Positions 53,197-64,000 of a stretch of 64,000 nucleotides of DNA are shown in pieces. Made by a program: the position numbers and the translations under genes. Source of the DNA: Yuukianura sp. NJ FZ-2021 (taxonomy: Eukaryota); assembly GCA_046563655.1 (NCBI GenBank), contig CM102285.1:12648001-12712000 (forward strand). Direction: 5' to 3'. Within the stretch, counting starts at the first letter, position 1; the number at the start of each line of letters is the position of its first letter. A model generated the notes under the pieces. It did no database searches, had not been told where the DNA came from, and saw only the letters and a program-made list of their open reading frames with translations.

Positions 53197-53819
53197 ATGG
53201 GGAAAGTTTGGATTTTGATTGTGTGCATTTCTATTTTTCTAAGCACTGGAAATGGAAATAAGTGGTTTTGTCCTAGTTGGCATGTTCAGCCAGTGTGTAC
53301 AGGAATATCTGTGATGCACAATTTCTTGGTTAGTTGAGGAATTTTACAAACTAAATTTTTCTCTAATTTATGAGATCACTGAGACTTTTTAAAAATGATT
53401 TTAAAATTATTCAGAACACAATTGTTCCACCCTGGTTGAGTGCTGCTACGCTGCAGCACTGTCGATTTTTGGAAGCTACGCCGCATTGCTGCGAACAATT
53501 TTGCACTCCAGCGGTCAACGGTACTTGCGAAACCGAGACTGGAGTTTGCCGCTGTCAAGGCGTAAAAGTTTTAAAAATAAAAAATTTGTAGCGCTTATGT
53601 CAAGAAATTTTGCTAAATTGAACACGTATTTTGCAGTCAGGAACTCCGACGACTTGCAACATATATTTTAACGCAAACAATACACGTACAAATCCGAGAG
53701 TACTAAAATACTGTGCAAAAAAATGCAAAGCCGGAGGCGGTTCTGAGCCGGGATCTTGCGTTACTCCAGCCTACGTCAACGACGGAATCAACTACCTTTG
53801 CATTTGCTACTGCGAATGA
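53197..53819 (+). CDS. Secreted Cys-rich protein, copy 1 (153 aa; exons 53197-53328, 53415-53561, 53637-53819), with two defensin-like modules
   Basis: Hydrophobic signal peptide MGKVWILIVCISIFLSTGNG, phase-0 GT-AG introns, two CxxxC..GxC..CxC motifs, and a paralogue with the same structure. Confidence 0.85.
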
Positions 53820-54271
53820 ATATTTTGTACTATGGTTGACATAGACTTTATTTAGTAACAGTTAGGTTTCCAAGGCTGTTCGAATACTAATTCCCAAAGG
53901 TGGCTTTCTCAGTAAGGCAAGGTTAATACTAACTAAACTTTTTGAAAAATAAAATTAACAGAATATGGTCTACAACTAAACTGAAGAAGACTGTCGTTAT
54001 CCGGATTTTTATTACTAAAATTACCAAGTGCCTTTAAAATTCTACGCCGGGAGGCACAAGAACAGAACACCCGAATTCGGTTTCTTAAGTCTCGGAGCAG
54101 ATTTTGTTCTAAATTTAGAACAAATCTAACATCGGTGTGCTGTCGAGCTATGGTTCTGTGCAATAAGAGATGGAGCTGGATCACAAAGAAGGAAAGTAAA
54201 AGTCGGAATCCTTTCGAAAGCAAATTGAAAGTAAATGGAAAGTTATTTTCAGAGAAGTGTTTTTTTTTGCT

Positions 54272-57200
54272 TTATAATTTTGATAAGTTTGCTTTGAGTT
54301 TAGTGTTTTGGATGTCTTGAATTGCTTCCTGGACGAAGTCAGCAACTTGCAGAGCACAGCCCCAGAACAGCGTGATTCCAGCTCCTCCATGACCGTAATT
54401 ATGAATAATCTAACAAAAACAATCAATTAGTCGAAAATTAATTCAACTTCGACATGACAGAGAGGGAAAGTATTTTTTCTTTAAATTGTGAATTTACCAC
54501 AGACAGTTTCCCATTTTTCTCAATTTTCTCACTTTCTAACCGAACTGTCTTGCGTGCAGGGCGTAGTCCTACCCAATCCCTTGCCAAAACTGCATTCTGA
54601 AAAGTGAAAACCTTTCATAAAATTTTCATTTTTGTTTTCCAAATTCTAAAAAGTGAAATTCAGGGTCAGCATCAGACCAACCTTCAAACTAGGAACCATT
54701 TCGATGCATCGGGATAAAATATGGGCTTTGTCTGCTTCGTCATTGTTCATATTCCAATTGTTTTCTTGATGTGTTCCACCAAGAACAATCGTGTCCTGAC
54801 TGAATGGAAAATTAAATTTGACAGTTAAATTAGTGACATTTCAATTTAGTCAAAATTTTCAGTAAATTATGTAACTGTCACAAACTTTCCAGCTAAGTGG
54901 GCACATTCTAGCACAACGCAAACATCTAACCTTTAGATAAAAAAGCACATAAATGTTCCCTTGTGTACTACGTTTGTGCTAAAATACACGTGAAACAAAT
55001 TTGGCAGTTTGAAAAGAAAATAAGAAATATCGGTTTCATATTTTCTGATAGGCACGTGAATTAGCCTTTTATGAAACTTTACTGCAATCCATAAAGTTTC
55101 ATAAAAACGATATGCCAGTCAGTCATTGCGACAGGACGTCTTCTCAAATTTTGGTTTTGTGAAATTTTGAAAAGAAAATGGGGAAAGTTTTGGTTTTGAC
55201 TTTTTTCATCTCGATCTTTCTAAACACTGGAAATGGAAATAAGTTGTTTTGTCCTAGCAGCTGGAATGTTCAGCCACTGTGCACCGTAATATCTTTATCG
55301 CACAATTTCTTGGTGAGTTCAGAAATCTTCTTATAAACTAAATTTTTGTTTAATTTATATGTAAAAATATATATAACAAATATAAACTTTTGTGATTTAT
55401 GATATGAGCAAGTTTCAGACTTTTTAAAAATGATTCCTAATCAGAACACAATTGTTCCACCCTGGTTAAGCGCTGCTACGCTGCAGCACTGTCGATTTTT
55501 GGAAGCTACGCCGCATTGCTGCGAACAATTTTGCACTCCAGCGGTCAACGGTACTTGCGAAACCAGCACTGGAGTTTGTCGCTGTGAAGGCGTAAAACAT
55601 TTCAAAATGAAAAATTTGTAGCGAGCATGTTAAGAAATTATGTTAAATTGAAAACGTATTTTTCAGTCAGGAACTCCGTCGATTTGCGAAATGTATTTTA
55701 ACGCAAACAATCCGCGTACGAATCCAAAAGTATTGGAATACTGTGCCGAAAAATGCAAAGCCGGAAGTGGTTCTGAGCCGGGTTCTTGCGTTACTCCAGC
55801 CTACGTCAATGACGGAATAAACTACATCTGCATTTGCTACTGCACATGAACAGCTTGGACTTTGGTTGGCGTAGAAATTATGTACGAACTGTACCCACTC
55901 ACAGTAAAACCAGCATTTTTACGATCTGTGATGGAATTTTGAGTTTGTGCAAATCAGTAATTAAAAAAATTAATGGAAGTGACTCGGTGTAAATCCCCAT
56001 TGAGTTTACTTCTTCAGAGATCTCGTGAAACAAGATCGAGGTTATCACCTCAGCGTCAGCTATTGCGGCGCAGGAGAAGGTTCCACATTACGTGCAATGG
56101 CAATTGTGGTTTGAACACATATGTGCCCAGGGTATCTCTACCCAAATGCCCGGGAATTTACCCTCGGGTGGCTTCTGAGCCAAGCCTAACAACATGCCGG
56201 CTTGTTGTACCAGCTGACCAAGGAATACCCGAAGTGGAACACAAGTCACTTCCATACTTAGAGTAACCCTGCGATCAGCTTCTCTTTTTAAAATGCAACC
56301 ATGTTTAAATGACTTTTTAACCATGACCATGAACAAATTTTCCAAATTTTTACTGCGCTAGAAGAAAAACTGCCTTCTCATTTGCCATTTCTTTAATTAT
56401 TGAGGTAATTCGCTTATTTCCTGTCGACGCTATGCTTTCAGTTTTTTTTGCATTGAGCCGGTAAATTTGTGCAAGCTTTGCGAGAGATTTTGACATAAGC
56501 GGAGAAGCGGGATTGCAGAATATGCGAAATATCGACGCGCTAAAATAACCCAGGTTTTCTATTCTACAAATGCTTTTAGCCTTACTTTGGTATAATGTAT
56601 CCTCCATTGTTGCTGTTCATAAGCACGTGAAAAATATTTGGAGCTTTCACCTGAAAAGAAAGTAATACCGTTTCACAAAGTTCGCAAAAAACTATCAGTA
56701 TTTTGAATAGTATTTGCAGCGATTTGCAAAATCTGTAAGCTCCAAAATCCCTGAGGGTTTTTAAGGAACTATTGAAAATTTTTGGATACAAAATATGCAG
56801 CTTTAGCGTTTAAATTTTTTGAATATGAAAAGCAGCATTTACCCTATGGACTTGTCCTCGAATAGGACGAATTGATTCATCTGTTGGCACGAGATTCGAC
56901 GCTCCTAATCCAGTACAATGGACCACAATATCGAAATCCTTGGCAACACTTTCCAAGTCTTTCACTCTGCTTCTAACCACCTTTCCCCCAGATTTTACAA
57001 ATTCCTCAAGAAAGTACGGCAGTATTTTCGCTGGCTCACAAGTGAAAGAAGTGTAGCGAAAGCCTTTCCTTTGAAAAAATAAAAATATCGTTTGTCAGAC
57101 TGTCACTTTCTCCTTTTGTGGATTAGGTTATGTCCGGAAACTGTAAAAACCGGAGATGTGCAGCACATTATGTGCTGTGCCATAACTTACTGGATTCCTG

Positions 57201-57661
57201 GCAAATTGAGGAGACGTTTGAGTTCGTCTGGTGACAGTTCATGAAGTCCAAGAGCACCCTCAGGAGGAACCAAATTTTCAGATCCGACTATAAAAGCGGG
57301 TATAAGAGAGATCCCAACAGCTCCCCCATGTTCCGTCTTCCACAATTTCAGGAAAAAGTCAAATGTTGCCAAAGACCATTTCCTGAAAAGAAATGGAATT
57401 TCTTGAAAAATGAGACAGTTTACGATGCAGTTGAGCTCAAGGTTAGGTTGTTACTAAGCTAGCGTTTTACTTGACAAGGTCACGGGGAGTATCCTGCACT
57501 AGGTAGGGAGTCCAAAGTCCAGCGGCTCCATCTCCAGTAGTTTCTGGAGAAAATTTGTCACTGATCAAAGTTATGTCTAAATTTGGAAAGCGTTGGGACA
57601 GGCAGTAGGCACAACCTAGGCCATTGATACCTCCACCAACAACTGCTACTTTCACCACCAT
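54272..57661 (-). CDS. D-amino-acid oxidase / D-aspartate oxidase family flavoenzyme, peroxisomal
   Basis: FAD motif VAVVGGGINGL, TTGDGAAGLW, YIIPN, VLGGT, VGLRPAR, IHNYGHGGAGITLFWGCA and C-terminal PTS1 SKL*. Large intron at 54800-56585. DAO and DDO cannot be told apart by eye. Confidence 0.94.
55178..55849 (+). CDS. Secreted Cys-rich protein, copy 2 (154 aa; exons 55178-55312, 55445-55591, 55667-55849), nested antisense in the oxidase intron
   Basis: Same exon structure as copy 1 and all 16 mature-region cysteines conserved. Confidence 0.85.
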
Positions 57662-57799
57662 TTAAAATCAATAAAGAATAGAAAAATCCAAATTTTTCAA
57701 AAAAGAAGAAATTGGTGAAGATCTTTCTTGTGAAAAATATTTCAGCTGCGCCTGGAGCTTTGCAGTCTTAGCTCTTGCTATACAGGAGATAACTGTACC

Positions 57800-57812
57800 A
57801 GGTCAAAGGTCA
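57800..57812 (+). promoter_or_regulatory. Perfect DR1 nuclear-receptor element upstream of the oxidase
   Basis: AGGTCA-A-AGGTCA lies 140 bp upstream of the oxidase ATG, flanked by GATA sites (AGATAA ~57787, TGATAA ~57823). Confidence 0.55.
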
Positions 57813-59251
57813 TATTAGGATGATAAGCTCACAAAAGTAATCATATCTTAGACAAACAAGGCAGCGTCTCTATCTCTTGTTCCAAGCTCCAAAACTTCTT
57901 CCCTAGAGCTTTCTTTCTAGTTTTCCTTTCCCAGTAGATGGCCTGTGGTTGAAGAATGGAAAGCTTTCACTTTTCAACTTTCAAATATTTTTTTTAACTT
58001 TTTAGTTTTGAGAAAGCAAAATAAGTTGATTTAAATAAGCTCACTAATTCATAATTCAAAAAGCTTAAGTTATTTCTGATCCTTCGCTCTCAGTTCATTA
58101 ATAACTATAAACCATTATTACACGAAAGGTACTCCAATGAAAATTCATGAACCACATATTTGCATCAAAAAAAAAACTGAAGTTTCAAAATTTTATGAAA
58201 TTGGCACATTTCAAAAGGCGGTCTACTGATGGCTGTAATAATGAACCAAAGAGAAGACTTTTCATGTTTCAAAGGGAGGGCTGGAAGTGGGACTCTTTCA
58301 ATTAAGGCAGATCAAAGGCAATTGAAAGTAAAGTGTCACTTCCGCCAGTTACAATCTGGACGGAGAGAGAAGGGACCAACTTCAAAAAAAGCTCAGTATC
58401 GATCGCATTTTGAAATTTCGAATTTATGAACCTTGAGGTAATCCCGATACTAAATCCCTTGCCAGTAAAATATAACTTAATTATAGCCAGCTTAACAAGG
58501 TAAAAGCAATTTTAAAAGCCTAAAATGACTCAAAAATACAAACGAAGGGAATTTGAAGATTTGAATTCAAAACAGTTTTTAGGCATGGTTTTTGGATATT
58601 CGGTTTCTCCCATCGATTTTGGCAATAAAGTTACAACTTACTACGAAGACTTTGAAACAAAAGAGAGGATGAGGAGAAAGTTTTCAAATTGGTACTTTTT
58701 CAGTCCAACTTTTTTTTGTTCTGGCTCCAAATGCAACTTTACAGCAGTAAAAAGTGGAATTCGTTGCACGAAATGCCTTTGGAGTACTTTTAAGAACTAC
58801 TGCATCGTAACTGCAGTTGCCCTTCCCAGTCTCAGTACTTCCAGAGACTCCACTGTCTTTCTAGAGAATTCAGCAAAAGCAAGTAAAAGTCTAGCTGGAA
58901 TTTCTACTTTCTCTTCCACAACTTCTGAGGCTCTGCGCCGCCACGACACCCTCGTAATAACAAATTCACCGCCTAGACCCTACCCAATCCTATGGACACC
59001 AAAAACTAAAGCCTGGAAACTTCTAACCAAGTGGTCTGATCAAGGCAGACACAAACCGAAGCTCTTGTGCTTGTATTCCTCTTTTACAAAACTACAGTGG
59101 AGTTGGAGGAACAATTTGAACGAAGCACTTCAGTATCTCAGTGGCTGACCACACAGGAGAAAGTCCACGACTTGTCACTAACCCGAACTTTTCTAAGTGA
59201 AAACGAATCGATCCATTTAAAAAGGTTCCCAGAGCCCTTAACCTAATTAAA

Positions 59252-62200
59252 ATGGGATTTGTTGCAATTGGATCCAGGGTAAGGTCAAAGTCTAACAAAA
59301 TTTAATGTCTTCTCAAAAACTTAAAAACTGAGTTAAGTATTTTTCTTAAGGGAACGGTCAGTGGCCCTTCTGAGGACGACTTTGACCCTGAAGGGGCCGC
59401 CAAGAAGTTGTACGAGAGCATGAAGGGCCTCGGGACAGATGAAAATGCCATAACTGATGTCATTGGAGGTCACACGAATGCACAACGCCAGGTCATCAAG
59501 GAAAAGTACAAAACAATGTACGGAAAGGTAAGCAAAATCAGTCATTTTCGAAATTTCGAATTTCCAGCGGCAGAGCCTGAAGTAATGTAAGGGGCGGTGC
59601 CTTTTTGTTGAAATGTGGCCATTTCAAGGTCAAAGGGATTTTGTAAAACATTTTGTAAGAAAAAGCTCATTAGTTTGAAACCCAAGTGAAAGAAAAAGTT
59701 CAGTTGAGGGTGGATGGGGAATTGGAGAAAGTTTGCTTTCACAAACTGAATTCAACCAAGTGGAAAACGAAGTAGAAATGGCGTCTCTTCCCCATTTCTT
59801 GACAGCTGCCGGGGGTTCAAATCCGAGAAAGTTCGCTTTATTATTCCCTATTCGCTCGAGCCAAGAAAAAAAACCTGGGAGATAGGGATGGAATAGTATA
59901 ACTGTACACTAACCGCCGGTTTCCAGTTACCCAGCGGAGTATGTTTTTCTGCTGGAGAAAATCGATAAGTTCCAAAGTGGGTATAATATTTTCAAATTTT
60001 CAGAAAGAAAAATGAATTTTGGAACAAAAATGGAAAAAAAAATATAAAGTTTTCTTCTTATTTTCTTCGAAAAGTTCGAATTTAATTAAAAGAGAAACCA
60101 GGAGCCTTGTGTTTTTAATTTTCTTAATTTAGCCAACTTTGCCAATTCCGTTAAACATTAATCCGCTTTCTCCATAAGAGAAAGCGCGTTTTTCAAGAAA
60201 TTTCTTTTCAAAAATGTGTGAAAACGGTCAACTGCCAGAATCGAAATTACTCGGCACAAGTATAGGTGAAAGTTGTAAAGCCTTCTATTGATTTCTGTCA
60301 TCAAAAAACTAACGTAGCATTAGGTACTTAAAGGTCAAACATTCCATTAGATTCAAACCTTGGGGCTTTCTATAGAAAAAAAAAGCTTAGTCATTAGAAA
60401 CTTTACGACCGATTTTCGGTGAAAATCGCTCCCGATTTTGTGTGAAAATCGCCTGAGTCTTCAGCTGAAGTCAATATTTATGTGTTTGACGATGCCTTTG
60501 ATCTTCGCAGGATCTCACAGAGGATTTGTCTGATGAATTGGGTGGAAGCTTTGCCAAAGTCATTCTTGCTCTCGTCCAAGATCCCGAAGAGTATCTAATT
60601 GACTGTGTTCATAAAGCAATCGCGGTAAGCTCCTAGTTTACAATCCAATCTTCGCCTTCTTTTACCGTAAAAGTTCTAGTAGGAGCCTAAAACGCCACTT
60701 TCTTAAAGAAAATAAACTGTCCATCCCTCAGGTTTTGTTTAGAACAAAAGTTGCTACAAACAAGCAATTGAGTCGAATTTAACAAGAAAATTACAGAGCT
60801 AAGTTTCTCGAAATTGGTAAAGTAACAAACCCAATGGTTAGGAAAAGACATAAAGTGCACCCTGGTCTATAGTCGAACTTTTACCGTAATTGCTTTCTCT
60901 TCCTTTTCCAAACTTTAGCAAAATGCTTTTCTACCATCACTGAGTTCCAATTATAGGTTGCAAAATTTATTTGCAAGCGGGCGCTGCACGTTCGAACGTT
61001 CCCAAGTTTTTACTACAGTTGAGATCTAATCGAATGAAATATATTGCACACTCTGCTCCTTAGAAAACAATGCTGGCTGAATGCTGGCTGATGCTGATGT
61101 AGTGGCAGCAATAAGATTTTTGACCTTGTCATATTTCTTCATTTTATCTTTGTTGACTGCAATTTCATAATTCCCCACTGCAAAATTCGAAATTCCAAGC
61201 CTTCCTTAGATAAATAACACTTCGCTTGATTAAATTTTTGGCCCCAACTTACATCCTAAGTATTTGTGTCTGTGCTTTCTCCTGATTTGACCCTCCATGG
61301 AATCATTTGGAATTTATCTCCTCTGTTACGACTCCCCCAATGATACGAAAACCAAACACCTTTCTCCATAAATGTCAACCACGCCCATGCACTCTTCCAG
61401 TCTTTTTTCGTTTGTTCTAAAAAAGCCCGAAAAAATCCATTTTCCAGTTGTTCCGTGACTCATTCACGTTCAGGTCACTGTGTAACATAGCATTTCATGC
61501 TCAAACGAGCACTTAGAACTTTCCACAAGTGCTTTCGGTTCCATCACGTTATCATTCATGCTGGCATGCTGTGTCCATGTCATTTTTTGTTCTGGTCAGA
61601 CCAAGAACTGTAGTTTTCATGTCTCCTCATCACTAATTTCATGTTTTCTTTGGAATTCCAGGGACTGGGAACTGATGGTAAAAATCTAGAAACAAAGCAA
61701 AAGAAAGTGAAATTTTGTCGGAATTTGAGTAATGATTTTGCTTTCTCTTAGAAAAGGCACTGATTGGCCTCCTCTGTGGCCGTTCCAATGCGGAGATGAA
61801 TGAAATGAAGGCTGCCTACCTCAAGAGTAAGATGATGCCATTTTGAATGTTTGTTCTAGGAACAATTAGTCCACGTAACTTGATCTTTTCTTTCCTGGAT
61901 GGTAGAGTACGAGAAGGAAATGGAAGCGGACGTATCGGATGACTTGAGTGGTGACTTAAAAAACTTCATGGTCGCCTTGATGAGTGCTGGACGCGACGAA
62001 AGTGAAGAAATTGATGAAGAATTGGTGAAGCAGGATGCACAGGTAGGTCCACTGGGATAGCATGCAACTGTGAACTTGACGACGCTTGATGGTTGTATGC
62101 AGTGAGTCACAGGTGAATATTACATCAAAGTCAATAGAGATTTCCTAATAATAACGTCCTTGACAGCATGGAATGAAATCGATTTGATGTCCACCGAGGA

Positions 62201-63046
62201 CACAAGTCTATTATTACACCGTCATCAATTTCGCAACGACAGACACTTGAGCTAGGAAAGAAAAATATTGACAGCTAGTGAACACTGAGCATGCAGTTGT
62301 GTTTCAATTGAAGTATAATCAATCAATCAATAAGTATGTTCTTACATGTCCATAGGATCTGTATGAAGCTAGTGTTGGGCCTGGAACGACAGAGTCTGTC
62401 TTCAACAGTATTTTCAATCTTCGTAATACGGCGCAACTGCGTGATCTCTTTGACAAGTACCAAGACATGGCCGAGGGAAAAACGATTGAGGAGCTCGTCG
62501 AGTCCGAATTTTCTGGAAATCTGAAAACGGCATACTTGACAATTAGTATGCACAAAACTCACTCACGAATTAAACATTTTAATCGATTAATTCATTTGAA
62601 TTAGTTTGAAAACTCACAATTGTATTGTCTTTCAAGTCAAAATCACTCGGAACGCCGTTGTATTCTATGCCGAGCGTCTTCATGATGCGATGCAGGGAGC
62701 TGGAACTGATGACAACACGCTGATGCAAATCATCGTCACGCGGTCCGAGGTTAGTTAAAAGCGTTTTCTAAAAAAAACACTTAATGAAATCAATTAGTAA
62801 ATTTTGTTAATGAATTGTCAAATTGTGTAAATAGGTGGATTTACAAGATATTGCAGAGTACTATGCCATTAAATATGAAAAAACGTTGGCCGAAGCTGTT
62901 GAGAAGGACACGAGTGGTAGGTGCTAATGTATCTCGGGAAGTACTAAAAATACAAGCTGGAAATTCAATTTGAATTTTTGTTTAAAGGCGACTACCGAGC
63001 TATTCTACTTCGTTTGATTGGTCAACCTGGCGGCGAGGCTGAATAA
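59252..63046 (+). CDS. Annexin (four repeats, short N-terminus), ~10 exons
   Basis: Reads MGFVAIGSR|GTV...LYESMKGLGTDENAI...QRQVIKEKYKTMYGK|DLTEDLSDELGGSF, then GLGTDEKAL, DDLSGDLK, LHDAMQGAGTDDNTLMQIIVTRSEVDL and DTSGDYRAILLRL. Confidence 0.95.
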
Positions 63047-64000
63047 AAGTAAACACGGTAAGTTAATTGCAAAAGTAAATCCTACTTTAATCATTGTTGT
63101 AACTAAACTAAAATTTCAATTATCCAACGGTTAGTATAGCTTTACGTTCATTATCACGGAATGTTATGTAGGGCCCAGGTCAAAGGTCAATCAATGTCAC
63201 TCCCTTTCAACCAAACTAATTAAACTAACCTTAATTAAGTTAAAGCCATTGTAACAATTAACGTCAACGGTAGATGGCAGGAGAACAAATGCGATGGGAT
63301 AGTTTCCAAAACTGCTTCAGATTAAAACTTGCAGTTTCTTCAGTTGATTTGACAGGTCACTGGTTTGTCTCTTTCAGGACTTGTATTCTCGCAGTCGTCC
63401 GTCGTGGCAATAGAAGTTCTTGGAAGGTAGTGGAGTCTCCTCATTCCATTTGCTTGGTGGCTGAAACAGTAATTAACAAAATTAACACTCCTTGCTGACC
63501 TTGAACAATTAAAGCTATTCCACGAGTGCAATCTGAGCCTTCTTAGATTTCCTGCTTCTATAACTAAGGTAAAGCTAAGCCAATGCCCTCAAAATTGCCA
63601 CAAAATCACAATGCTACAAAGCACAAAGGTCCATCAGAAAAATGTGATGCTTATTGCAGGAAACCTGCTTTCTAGTAAATTAAAGTAAAACTAAAGCCTG
63701 TCAAATCTTAATTAACTTTAAGCTAAATACTGCTGCAAAAATAAATTGGAATTTACCTGATGCGTGCTTATAAATTCAACCAACTGCTTGGCCAGTTCTT
63801 TGTTAGATTTAACAAGATTTTCCAAACTGAAAAGAAAAACCAAAATTCAATTAGATAATCAACAATTTGAAAAAAAAAGAGAATTGGTTAAGAAATTACT
63901 TGTGTTCATCCCATAGTTTATTGGAAACTATTCTCTCTGAAACAGTTTGATTCACAGCAGCATCAAACAATGGAACTCCGAAATGGCAATCCAGCAGTGT

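Larger units (their letters stand above)
51848..55860. repeat. Tandem segmental duplication, unit ~2.0 kb (51848-53877 and 53878-55860)
   Basis: Collinear similarity starting at GAATACTAATTCCCAAAGG (51851 vs 53882) and continuing through oxidase exons and introns to the end of the Cys-rich gene. Confidence 0.95.

Noticed and set aside
55973..56345. Overlapping 97-aa (+) and 85-aa (-) ORFs in the oxidase intron, possibly a third nested gene
   Set aside because: No signal peptide, no conserved Cys spacing and no consistent splice model. Only a short TTCTGAGCC match to the neighbouring gene.
58525..59148. 207-aa plus-strand ORF upstream of the annexin
   Set aside because: No domain and intergenic-like composition. 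It overlaps the probable annexin promoter and 5' UTR.

Overview
AT-rich eukaryotic genomic DNA from an invertebrate, probably an arthropod, with many short GT-AG introns. Gene models were assembled by hand. They are: an orphan ~490-aa gene behind an RFX X-box-like site; MARCH6/Doa10 E3 ligase (+), which holds a complete vitamin K-dependent gamma-carboxylase (GGCX, -) inside one intron; a 7-exon YneE/VCCN/UPF0187-type bestrophin that looks fungal rather than animal (horizontal transfer candidate); calbindin-32/Cbp53E (+) with a hidden 12-nt microexon; a SMYD4-like methyltransferase (-); a peroxisomal D-amino-acid/D-aspartate oxidase (-); and an annexin (+). The oxidase has a secreted 16-cysteine double-defensin-like gene nested antisense in one intron. 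A ~2-kb tandem duplication copied that nested gene along with the last three oxidase exons. At 10.8-12.9 kb a deleted hAT transposon sits inside a Harbinger-like element. The stretches 3-10.7 kb, 13-16.5 kb and 27.5-36 kb contain no coding sequence I can support. Exon boundaries are manual and may be a few nt off.
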